Part shown: one piece after another, positions 1-8,306 of the stretch
Layout of the letters: every line of letters begins with the position of its first letter
Position numbering within the stretch: position 1 is the first letter of the stretch
Assembly (NCBI GenBank): GCA_044376115.1
Contig: JBILLK010000005.1
Coordinates: forward strand, 378,094 to 442,093
Source of the DNA: Polyangiaceae bacterium
GTDB lineage: Bacteria > Myxococcota_A > Polyangia > Polyangiales > Polyangiaceae
Direction of reading: 5' to 3'
Length of the DNA stretch: 64,000 bases
The notes under the pieces: generated by a model
The model's database searches: none
The model's input: the letters and a program-made list of their open reading frames with translations, nothing else
What the model was told of the DNA's origin: nothing
Program-made: the position numbers and the translations under genes

Positions 1-60
1 GCCCTGCTAGGGCGCTGGGCTCAGCAGGCGGTTTTTCTCGCGAAAACGCAGTGCGTGCGC

Positions 61-77
61 TTGGCACGAACCTTGGA
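61..77 (+). promoter_or_regulatory. Putative sigma54 (-24/-12) promoter
   Basis: TTGGCACGAACCTTGGA matches TGGCACG-N4-TTGCW at all positions except the -12 C (G at 76), with correct spacing. Implied +1 is near 88. Confidence 0.5.
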
Positions 78-87
78 TAAGGGCTAA

Positions 88-141
88 CGAGCGCCTGTGA
101 CGTTATCCCCCCAAAACGTCGAGCAGGCGCTTTTTCTTTTT
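88..141 (+). ncRNA. Candidate ~50-nt small RNA: hairpin with C-rich loop followed by a U tract
   Basis: Outer stem AGCGCCTG(90-97)/CAGGCGCT(124-131), inner stem GACGTT(99-104)/AACGTC(115-120), loop ATCCCCCCAA, then TTTTTCTTTTT. It begins where the sigma54-like promoter would initiate, and no + strand ORF follows. Confidence 0.4.
90..141 (+). terminator. Intrinsic terminator-like hairpin
   Basis: GC-rich stem immediately followed by a T tract at 131-141. Confidence 0.7.
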
Positions 142-174
142 GTGCTTCAGCCGTTCAGCACGGTGCCGCGACCA

Positions 175-2070
175 TCACTCGACGAGGACCAGAGCTGATT
201 GTGGCGCCATCGGCGGATCGATAATGACCGTACCGCCAGCCCCAACTGTGACCTCCCTACCGGACCCGAGCGCGTCCTTGAGTTGAGTGCCAGCCTCGCG
301 GTTGACCTTCATGGGAGCGCCCTCAAAAGCGGGGGCGCCCTCCTTGTCCTCGCGCGCGTTGAAGATCACTAACGCGTAGTCATTGCCCGCGTCCCCACCG
401 CTGCGCTCAAAAGCAAAGATGCCAGCATCCTCCTCGTCCCCGCCACGTTCAGAGGACCAGACGACGCCGATAGCGCCCTTGCGAAGCGCGGCGCTCTCTT
501 TGCGGATCTTGGCCAACTTCTGAATGTGTTTGAAGGTGCTGTTGTCTTTGGCAAAGCCAGTAGGCCAAAGGTCTTCACGATTGGAGGGATCATTGCCTCC
601 GGCGAACTCCTGCTCCGTCCCGTAATAGAGACAAGGGATTCCCTGCGTCGTAAAGGTGAAGGTCAGGGCGTTGGCCAAGCCCTTCTTCGTGCCCGTGAAC
701 AGGTAGCGAGGTACGTCGTGGTTGTCGATGAAGTTGATTGGAACGTCGCGTGGGGCGACGCCAATGCCAAGCTCAGCCGGCTCCAAGCCCCAATTCTGAT
801 CGCGAAGCTTCCACAAGTCTTCAATGCGTTTGGTACTTTGGCCTAGCTGGAAAACATCACGAATGGCCGTGAAGTATTGAGGGAAGTAGAACGCGCTATC
901 GAGCTGGTCGCCCGTTAGCTCCCGGCCGTCTGTAACGCATTCATTCTCGAGGGCTAGTTGTTCTGCCGCCGGCGGATCCGTCTTGGTAAAGGCGCCTACG
1001 AGATTGTCCCGCCCGTCGAAGGCTTCACCAAACATGATGAAGTTCTTCTTTCCTTTGGCAGCCAACCGTTGCCGAAGCTTCTGGGTGAAAAAACGCCAAA
1101 ATTCGCGCTCTACGTGTTTGACCGTATCAATTCTAAAGCCGTCAATATCCGTTTGCAGGACCCAATCGGCGTAGACGTCAACCATGGTCTCTTTGACTGC
1201 AACGCCGTCGCGCGGACCGCAAAGCGCAGTATTGACGTCTTTGAGGCCACCGGGGAAGTCACCTTTGATTAGCTGCTCCGGATCCTCGAAGTTTACGGTT
1301 CTGCCCTTGCGGTTGAACGCGCGCGGGTCTTGGAACAGCTCCGGCATCGGCGGGACATGGTTCGTCGGCGGATCGTAGACAAAGATGGTGGGGGCAGGCC
1401 CTGCCTCTCCCAGCGAGGTCTCGGATTGGATGCCGCGCGGATCGAAATCGGGATCATACTCATTGATGTGAACGACTTGCGAACTCTCCCCGTTGCCGGA
1501 GAGCTGCTCGTCCGGTTGGCCATTCATGTTGATATCGTAGTAAAAAAGCTGGCCTAGGTGATTCGTCACGATGTCGACGATGATCTTCATCTTCCGCTCG
1601 TGCGCGGCGAATACCAAGCTACGCAGCGCAGCGAGATCCCCGAAGTGCGGATTGAGCGCCGTCAAGTCCTGTGCCCAATAGCCGTGATACCCATCGAAGC
1701 CGGCGTCGGTGTCGACGTTCTTGATGATCGGCGAGATCCATAAAGTGGTTACGCCAAGCTCCTCCAAGTAGTCGAGTTGGTCCTCGAGACCCTTCCAATC
1801 ACCACCGTGGTACTTGCCCATCGCCGAGCGGTCGACGCCAAAGTTGTTGCCCGTGTCCCCGTCGGCAAAGCGGTCGATCAGGACCTGGTAGATCACCTCG
1901 TCGCGCCAATCCGTGACCTGGGTGGACATTGCGATCTCACCCTCGAGTCCCTCCTCGTAGCTCATGCAGCCGCCGCTGCTGGAGGCGCCGCCGATGACTG
2001 CAAGCCCGAGGGTGCAAAACACGCCAGCGATTGTTCGGCCAAAGCGGTTTGATCGTTTCATCCGGATCAT
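175..2070 (-). CDS. GH13 alpha-amylase-family glycoside hydrolase, probable lipoprotein
   Basis: Motifs IYQVLIDRFADGD, GGDWKGL, YHGYW, DIVTNH, DGFRIDTVKH (nucleophile), FGEAFD (acid/base) and FIDNHD. Start moved to ATG 2070, which has AGGAG upstream. N-terminal hydrophobic stretch is followed by SGGC. Confidence 0.9.
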   Translation of the reverse strand: MIRMKRSNRFGRTIAGVFCTLGLAVIGGASSSGGCMSYEEGLEGEIAMSTQVTDWRDEVIYQVLIDRFADGDTGNNFGVDRSAMGKYHGGDWKGLEDQLDYLEELGVTTLWISPIIKNVDTDAGFDGYHGYWAQDLTALNPHFGDLAALRSLVFAAHERKMKIIVDIVTNHLGQLFYYDINMNGQPDEQLSGNGESSQVVHINEYDPDFDPRGIQSETSLGEAGPAPTIFVYDPPTNHVPPMPELFQDPRAFNRKGRTVNFEDPEQLIKGDFPGGLKDVNTALCGPRDGVAVKETMVDVYADWVLQTDIDGFRIDTVKHVEREFWRFFTQKLRQRLAAKGKKNFIMFGEAFDGRDNLVGAFTKTDPPAAEQLALENECVTDGRELTGDQLDSAFYFPQYFTAIRDVFQLGQSTKRIEDLWKLRDQNWGLEPAELGIGVAPRDVPINFIDNHDVPRYLFTGTKKGLANALTFTFTTQGIPCLYYGTEQEFAGGNDPSNREDLWPTGFAKDNSTFKHIQKLAKIRKESAALRKGAIGVVWSSERGGDEEDAGIFAFERSGGDAGNDYALVIFNAREDKEGAPAFEGAPMKVNREAGTQLKDALGSGREVTVGAGGTVIIDPPMAPQSALVLVE

Positions 2071-2081
2071 GTGCGTGCTCC

Positions 2082-3704
2082 TCAAAAACCGTAAGAAGAT
2101 GAGTTGAACCACCACTCGGCGCCAAGCCCGATGAAGTGCTCGAGTTCCCGCTCTCGGTAGGGGTGGTCTTCCGGGTAGAGCAAGCGGGCCACGGAGCTAC
2201 GAACCCCCAAATTGTAGATGGCGCGGATGTGCGGCCTACTGAAGTTGCCGCGTCCCGCAGGGGAGATGAACGGCATCAAGCCAACGCGAAACATGCTGGC
2301 GAGCGCAGGGCCCTCAGGGGCTTTCTCGGTGTCGTCGGGGTCCTGGTAAATGACTCCTCGTTGCGCAACTTCGAAGGTCCCTTCCAGGGAGACCCCGGCA
2401 ATCTCGCCGAAGAAGAAGGTCGGCCGCAGGACCACGGCGCCTTCATCGACGTCATCATAGTTGAGCGTAGGCGTGGCATCGCGGAATGACCGGAAGTACG
2501 CTCCTGCCAACACGCCGAAGAAGTCGACCTCGGCGTTGCCTCCGATGGCCGCTACGATTTCACGGGCGCCGTCCGTTGTCTTCTCCGCCGTCAGTTGCCC
2601 TGGATTGGCGAATTGGCCGTACGCTGCGAGGTCACTCGAGTAGCGGAAGAAGAGGCTTACGTGGGTATCTCGTTTTCCGGTATATGCGGTAAACTGACCG
2701 CCTAGAACGAAGCCCCCGTCGCTCGGTAGTTGTTCTACGAGGCCGCCAGGCTCCTCTTCTCGCTCGCCCTCCGGCAGTGCGTGCCCTTCACCGTAGAGCG
2801 CAGCTTTGATACCCGCCCTCGTGTCTTTGGCGCCCGGAGCGAGCTCACCAAACTTATAGCCGTAGCCGATTTTGGCGGCACCGATCAGCTTCTGCCTATT
2901 GAGCAGCGCGACGGGTGTGGCACCGAATTGGTCCAGGGGGGCGGGCCGAAGCACCGTCTGTTTGAAGAACGGTACATCGGGTTGTGTGGCTCCCACCGTG
3001 AGCTGCCCAAAGAATCCGGCCTTATGTCGATAGGCGGCTCCACCACCCAGCAGGTTCAGGTTGTCGAGCGGCCAGTAGTCGAGCGCGTAGATATCGTCAC
3101 CGCGGACCATACGCGAACCGACGAAGGTGCTTAGTCCCTCGACCCCAACGTTGCGCGCCTCGATGTACAGGTTGCGAATGGCCGCGTTGAGTTCGAAGTC
3201 CCCGGAGTAGTGAAAGACTGGGCTGGCAATCGCCAGCGTGATCACGATCGAGGTGTCAATGCCGGTGCCCTCCCAATGGTCCTCGCGTCGCAGCTCGGCC
3301 TCGGCGTAGTTGCCCTCGTCCATACGAGTGCCGCGCGCCACGATATCGGCGTCTGCTCCCGGGCCCCCCTGACCGTCGGTGGCAGCGATCATGCGGCCGT
3401 AGGAGCCAAATTCAAACGACCCTTTGTGCGGTTGTTCGACCGGGACTGGTGGCAACGTTGGTTTCTCGGCAGGTTTGGCCGGTAGCGCTACTGGTTCGGC
3501 TGCGCTGGGGGCGACCGTCTCCGTTGGCTTTACTTCCGGCTCCGCGGGCTTGTCCGTGGGCGGATTGGCCGGCTCGGTGGGTGGCGTCGGTTCTTGCGGC
3601 TCGCTCTGCGCAGCCGGTTTTTCTGCCGGTACGTCCGCATAGGCGGTGGCGTTCCACGTGAGGATCGCCAGTGATAAGCCCCCTAAGACCCGGCCGGAAA
3701 TCAT
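2082..3704 (-). CDS. Maltoporin/LamB-like carbohydrate porin with a Pro-rich N-terminal extension
   Basis: Signal peptide (AYA-D), Pro/Glu-rich linker, FEFGSYGR and YAEAEL LamB-like N-terminal strands, DIYALDYWPL, C-terminal GLGAEWWF. Ends 11 nt before the amylase start. Confidence 0.75.
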   Translation of the reverse strand: MISGRVLGGLSLAILTWNATAYADVPAEKPAAQSEPQEPTPPTEPANPPTDKPAEPEVKPTETVAPSAAEPVALPAKPAEKPTLPPVPVEQPHKGSFEFGSYGRMIAATDGQGGPGADADIVARGTRMDEGNYAEAELRREDHWEGTGIDTSIVITLAIASPVFHYSGDFELNAAIRNLYIEARNVGVEGLSTFVGSRMVRGDDIYALDYWPLDNLNLLGGGAAYRHKAGFFGQLTVGATQPDVPFFKQTVLRPAPLDQFGATPVALLNRQKLIGAAKIGYGYKFGELAPGAKDTRAGIKAALYGEGHALPEGEREEEPGGLVEQLPSDGGFVLGGQFTAYTGKRDTHVSLFFRYSSDLAAYGQFANPGQLTAEKTTDGAREIVAAIGGNAEVDFFGVLAGAYFRSFRDATPTLNYDDVDEGAVVLRPTFFFGEIAGVSLEGTFEVAQRGVIYQDPDDTEKAPEGPALASMFRVGLMPFISPAGRGNFSRPHIRAIYNLGVRSSVARLLYPEDHPYRERELEHFIGLGAEWWFNSSSYGF

Positions 3705-3831
3705 GCGCCGACGCTACCATGTTCGACGTTTGGAACGAGCAAGGACTCGCGCCAGGAGTCGAAGGTTTCAAGGAGGCGGTGGAATGACTGCAATGGGGCC
3801 TTCGGCCACCCACGCACTCAGGTTCGCGCCT

Positions 3832-5202
3832 CTAAGGTGACTTGTCGTGCCTTAGGGTCTTCCTGAGGGCTTGCCGTTTTGCGCGGGCTGGGCTCATCTC
3901 TGTCCAGTTGCGTACCACTCGGTCGAGGTGATCGAGGTCTCGCACCGCGAGCGCTGCATCGAACAGCAGCATGTCGGCCCAACTCACGCCAGCTTTCACG
4001 GCCTGTTCAAGCTCCGCGAGTTGAACTGGCTTGGCGCGTTCGAGCAAAGCGATGGCGGTGTTCAGCAGCGGCCAAATGAAGGGAGCTGAGTCGGCGCTGC
4101 TCTCATGTTCCTGTTGTAACTTCTTGAGCGCCGCGAGGTCAGCCGATTCGTAGGCGGAAATGGCTTCGACACGTTGTTGCTCTTCACGATCCTGGATTTG
4201 ATTCGCAGCGACTCGAGCGCCCTCGAGGTCTCCGCGCAAAAGGCGAACTCGGATCAGCTGGGTGTGCGCCGAGGCCAGCTCGCTTCGTAGACTGCAGGCC
4301 TTCTCGAGGGCGATCTGCGCCGTACTGAGGTCCTGTGCCGCAGCAGCAAGCTCGCCGCAAAAGGCCGCCGCGATCGCACAGTCGACGTCGCCCAACATCA
4401 CGTCCACCGGGATTTGGGTCTGCTCCGAGATCGAAAGCGTATAAGCGATGGCCCGCAGCGCTCGCGGCAGGTCTGAGATCGTATCCGCGCTCAACTGCAA
4501 CGGCTCGATGCTGCGTGAGGCGAGCCTCTTTCGAGCGCTCTCGAGTACGCCGGCCGAAGGGCCCGACATTTTTGCGAGCTCCTCTGCGCACTCCTCCAGC
4601 CGCCCATGGAAGAGCAAGCTGCGCGCGCGCCGCAAGGTTGGCAAAGGTGAACCCGGCCAAGCCTTACTACAGCGCAGGAATCTGGCCTCCGCTTCGGCTG
4701 AACAGAGGAGGTCGAGCGCTGCGCCTGCGGCATAGTCGTGCAGCGGATCCTCTGCGACGTCGAGCTTGCGGTGCTGATCCAACAAGTTCCCCGCGTAGCG
4801 GTCATTGCCTACCGCAACGGCGTGCGAGAGCGTCGCAAACGCCAATAGCGGACCCCGTGCGCCCAGCTTCCAGGTCTTGTAGATGAAGGCCGTCGCGCGG
4901 TTGGCGTCTGGGGTTACCTCCATCAAGAACAGCCCCTCCGCTCGTACCCAAGCGCTCAGTGCGTCCTTGCTGGTCGGTGCCAGGGAGAGCGCGCGAGCAG
5001 CGCTCTCCACCGCTGCGTGGAAGCGGCCCGCTAGCAAGTGCTCACCTGACTCCTTTGCAGCGGCCGCCGCGGAGGCCTCCGAAAGTTCCAGCTGACGCTT
5101 GTTGTAAGCCGTCAGACCAGCACCGGCGGCACCGAAAGCAGCCGCAGCGCCAAGACCAATCAGAAGTCTGCGACGGTTGAGCGTGTGATTAGCTAGCACC
5201 AT
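3832..5202 (-). CDS. Hypothetical helical/TPR-like protein with an N-terminal RRR-hydrophobic (Tat-like or anchor) segment
   Basis: 456-aa ORF, N-terminus RRRLLIGLGAAAAFGAAGAG, Ala/Leu-rich helical repeats. Confidence 0.6.
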   Translation of the reverse strand: MVLANHTLNRRRLLIGLGAAAAFGAAGAGLTAYNKRQLELSEASAAAAAKESGEHLLAGRFHAAVESAARALSLAPTSKDALSAWVRAEGLFLMEVTPDANRATAFIYKTWKLGARGPLLAFATLSHAVAVGNDRYAGNLLDQHRKLDVAEDPLHDYAAGAALDLLCSAEAEARFLRCSKAWPGSPLPTLRRARSLLFHGRLEECAEELAKMSGPSAGVLESARKRLASRSIEPLQLSADTISDLPRALRAIAYTLSISEQTQIPVDVMLGDVDCAIAAAFCGELAAAAQDLSTAQIALEKACSLRSELASAHTQLIRVRLLRGDLEGARVAANQIQDREEQQRVEAISAYESADLAALKKLQQEHESSADSAPFIWPLLNTAIALLERAKPVQLAELEQAVKAGVSWADMLLFDAALAVRDLDHLDRVVRNWTEMSPARAKRQALRKTLRHDKSP

Positions 5203-5289
5203 GTGAGAGCCGACCGCTGACGGGTACCACGGGCTGGTAGCGGTGAGCAGATCCTTGTCAGCTTGGCCGCTGTTCTGCGAAAGTGAGGA

Positions 5290-6891
5290 ATGCTCTTTTC
5301 ACGCATCATCAATCCGCGCGTTTTCTTGGGTGCCTTCTTCTGTCTTGGTCTGCCACTCGTGGGTTGTGGCGATGATGCGGGGACAGGCGCTGCTGGAGCT
5401 GGTGGGTCCCCCACTGGTGGCCAAGGCGGCGAGGGCGCTGGGACGAATAACGGAATCTGCATCAAGCACAACTGCTCGACGGATGATGACTGCCAGGGTT
5501 GCGACGGTGGCTACAACTTCTGCCAGGTAGAAGCTGGGGCTGACGCCGGCCGATGCGTTGCCTGCGGAGCGGATACCGGCTCTGGCTGTCCCGAGGGACA
5601 GGTCTGCTCGAGCTTTGGTGATTGCGTTCCGGAAGGCGCTGAATGCCCGACGGAGGCTGGCGTACCCCTCATTGCTTGCGAGTCGAGCGCTGACTGTGTG
5701 GCTTGTGATCCGGCGCATCAGGTTTGTGATACGGCGACCAATAAGTGTGTCGCTTGTACGGAGAACGACACCTCGGAGTGTCAGTCGACGGACATCTGCA
5801 AACAGGGCGAGTGCGCGCCAGCTTGCAGCAATGACTGCACTGTCGACAACGATTGCAGCAAGTGTGGCGGTGCCAAAGCCTGCAACAACCATAAGTGCTC
5901 CGAGTGCAGCGAGACGTACGCTTGTGCCGCTGGGTACTTCTGTGACCTCTCCACCGGCACTTGTGAAAAGGAGTGCGGGCAGCAGGGGGCCCCGGGCGTT
6001 TGCGTCAACGACGAGGATTGCAACGGCTGTGGTAGTGGGCAGGTTTGCCACAAGGCGATCAACGCTGACCCGACCGACACTGGAACCTGCGGTCCGGACG
6101 CCACCGGCTGCTCGGATCTAGGGAATGGGACGTTGACGCTTCCGCCTCCCTACAACCAAGTCACCAACACCTGCTCCAACGACGGGGACTGCGCCGGCGT
6201 GGGTATTCAATACAACGTTGGTGAGGCCCTTCGCGATTTGCTCGGCGAGGACGAGATCTTTGGTCAACCGATCGAAGACGCCAACATCGAATACCCGATG
6301 GACGTTTGTGCCAACGTTACGTTGGCGGATACCTCCTGCGGCGTGTGTGTACCGTGCCGGCTCGACGACGACTGCGGCGATATTGACCTCGATGCGTTGA
6401 GTGGGGACCTCTTCCCCGGGGTTGGCGGCGCGCTGCTCAACTTCGTATTCGACCAGGTGTTTGGTCCGAACGACCACAAGCTCTACATGTATTGCGAGAC
6501 GGTGGCCGCAGGGTACGGCGTGTGTGTGCCCTGCCCCGGTCTGCTCAACGATTGTGCTGAGTCCGGTGGTGGTGGCAGCACTGGCACCTGCGATCACCCG
6601 ACGACGGAGGCGGGTGGGCCCTTGGGTACGGATTGTGATCCCTGCGCGGCTACGGTTTGTGCGAACGACTCCTTCTGCTGCACCACTGCATGGGACGACC
6701 TCTGCGTTGAAGCCGCGGCCACCGAATGCAGCGCGGCGGATTGTCATAGCGAGTGTGAGACCGGCGCGGCCATGGGTGCCGAGTGCGGCCAGTGTGCTGC
6801 GGACGTCTGTGCCGCTGATTCGTACTGCTGCGATACCTCGTGGGACAGCCTATGCGTGGACAAGGCTGCGGACCTCTGCGGTTGCTCCTGA
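5290..6891 (+). CDS. Cys-rich lipoprotein with disulfide-repeat modules
   Basis: Lipobox LVGC, Gly-rich linker, many CxxDxDC repeats, and two C-terminal copies of CAAxVCAxDSF/YCCxxxWDxLC. Confidence 0.85.
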   Translation: MLFSRIINPRVFLGAFFCLGLPLVGCGDDAGTGAAGAGGSPTGGQGGEGAGTNNGICIKHNCSTDDDCQGCDGGYNFCQVEAGADAGRCVACGADTGSGCPEGQVCSSFGDCVPEGAECPTEAGVPLIACESSADCVACDPAHQVCDTATNKCVACTENDTSECQSTDICKQGECAPACSNDCTVDNDCSKCGGAKACNNHKCSECSETYACAAGYFCDLSTGTCEKECGQQGAPGVCVNDEDCNGCGSGQVCHKAINADPTDTGTCGPDATGCSDLGNGTLTLPPPYNQVTNTCSNDGDCAGVGIQYNVGEALRDLLGEDEIFGQPIEDANIEYPMDVCANVTLADTSCGVCVPCRLDDDCGDIDLDALSGDLFPGVGGALLNFVFDQVFGPNDHKLYMYCETVAAGYGVCVPCPGLLNDCAESGGGGSTGTCDHPTTEAGGPLGTDCDPCAATVCANDSFCCTTAWDDLCVEAAATECSAADCHSECETGAAMGAECGQCAADVCAADSYCCDTSWDSLCVDKAADLCGCS

Positions 6892-6924
6892 CCCAACGTT
6901 CCTCGTCATAAGCCACAACCGAAT

Positions 6925-6949
6925 GAAACCCACGGCTCCGGCCTGCGTA
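6925..6949 (+). promoter_or_regulatory. Putative ECF-type (autoregulatory) promoter
   Basis: GAAACC-N15-CGTA (AAC/CGT pattern typical of ECF promoters) just upstream of AGGAG-GTG of the ECF sigma gene. Confidence 0.45.
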
Positions 6950-6960
6950 ATGCGCAGGAG

Positions 6961-7614
6961 GTGTTTACACACGGAGCCGTGGCGTTCTTGCCATTTCAAT
7001 GGGTCACCCCACAAAAGAGCGCTGGCTTGACTGATCCCGGGCTCGATGCGGCCGATCTTGCGATGCATCGCTACGCAGATGGGGAGGACGCTGCCTTCGC
7101 GGTGATTTATCGATGCGTCGCCGAGCGGCTGCACGCCTACCTCTTGCGCATGAGTCGCTCACGGCAGCTCGCGGACGACCTGCTACAAGAGACCTTCCTT
7201 CGAATGCACCGCGCCCGCGGTTCGTTTGAGCCTGGCGCACGGCTGCTCCCTTGGTCCTACGCGATTGCTCGGAACGTGTGCATCGACCACGCGCGCCACA
7301 AAGCCGTCCGCAAAGATACGGTGGCGGAAGGGGAGGAGGTGCTGGTTGCGACGCCTGCAAGCTCCGATACGAATGCCGAGCTGCTGGCGATCGGCAAGCA
7401 GGTCGCGCAGACGGTGGAGGTAGCACTTTCGAAGTTACCGCCCAATCAACGCGAGGCGTTCATCCTCCTGCGTTACGAGGGAATGTCGGTGCAGGATGCT
7501 GCTTCGGTGTTGGGGGTTAGTGAAGGCGCAGTGAAGTTGAGAGCCTTCCACGCCTATGAAGCGTTGCGTGCTGCGCTCGGCGATGCAGCACCAAAAAAAC
7601 GAGGGGCAACGTGA
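6961..7614 (+). CDS. ECF RNA polymerase sigma factor
   Basis: Region 2 ADDLLQETFLRMHR...WSYAIARNVCID; region 4 LSKLPPNQREAFILLRYEGMSVQDAASVLGVSEGAVKLR. Confidence 0.92.
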   Translation: MFTHGAVAFLPFQWVTPQKSAGLTDPGLDAADLAMHRYADGEDAAFAVIYRCVAERLHAYLLRMSRSRQLADDLLQETFLRMHRARGSFEPGARLLPWSYAIARNVCIDHARHKAVRKDTVAEGEEVLVATPASSDTNAELLAIGKQVAQTVEVALSKLPPNQREAFILLRYEGMSVQDAASVLGVSEGAVKLRAFHAYEALRAALGDAAPKKRGAT

Positions 7615-8276
7615 GAGATTTCGATCTAGCGGAGCTTGGTCAGATTCCCGACCCGCTTGCGGGGGAGGTACAGCCGGTTGCGCAGGCTCCCACCATGCCC
7701 AAGGAGGTGTCTGCCACGCGGGCTACCGTGCGTCGGCGCAGGCTGCTGGCGATGGCTTTTTCGGTCGTGTGGATGGGGGGACTCCTGGCAATGATGGGGG
7801 TTGCCAGTGAGAACCTCACGGTGTGGGGCCGGCTACTCGCCTGTTTGCTGCCAGCTGCACTCGGTGTTTTTGCGCTCGGTCTTGCGCTTTCGCCTGGCAA
7901 GTCTGGCTTGGGTCCTTCAGTCAAGCGTGCCCTGGTTACGCTGCTGGCAGTGCCGGCGCTGTTTGTTGGCGTCTCGCTGTTGTCGGGCGTGACCGGCGCG
8001 TTGGGCAAAGATTCTTTCATCTGCGGCGAGCTGATTCTGGTGCTTGGGGTAGTGCCGTTGCTTGCGCTCGGGTTGGCGTTGCGACATTCGAGCCCGAGTC
8101 GAAGCCTGGTGCGCAGCGCCCTTTTGGGCAGCGCAGTGGGGCTGCTCGCCGCTACGGTTCAGGCCGTGCATTGTCCCAAGACAGAGATCCTCCACAGCCT
8201 GATGGGGCACGGGGTTCCAGTGATCGTCCTCGGGGCTCTTGGTGCAACCGTGGTGCACAAACTCACGTCTGTTTGA
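7611..8276 (+). CDS. NrsF (DUF1109)-type membrane anti-sigma factor
   Basis: GTGA overlap with the ECF gene, about 6 TM segments, a conserved Cys (FICG) and the HCP...H...H motif near the C-terminus. Confidence 0.8.
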   Translation: MRDFDLAELGQIPDPLAGEVQPVAQAPTMPKEVSATRATVRRRRLLAMAFSVVWMGGLLAMMGVASENLTVWGRLLACLLPAALGVFALGLALSPGKSGLGPSVKRALVTLLAVPALFVGVSLLSGVTGALGKDSFICGELILVLGVVPLLALGLALRHSSPSRSLVRSALLGSAVGLLAATVQAVHCPKTEILHSLMGHGVPVIVLGALGATVVHKLTSV

Positions 8277-8306
8277 GGGCTGGTTCTGGTCTGTTAGAAA
8301 TGACGC

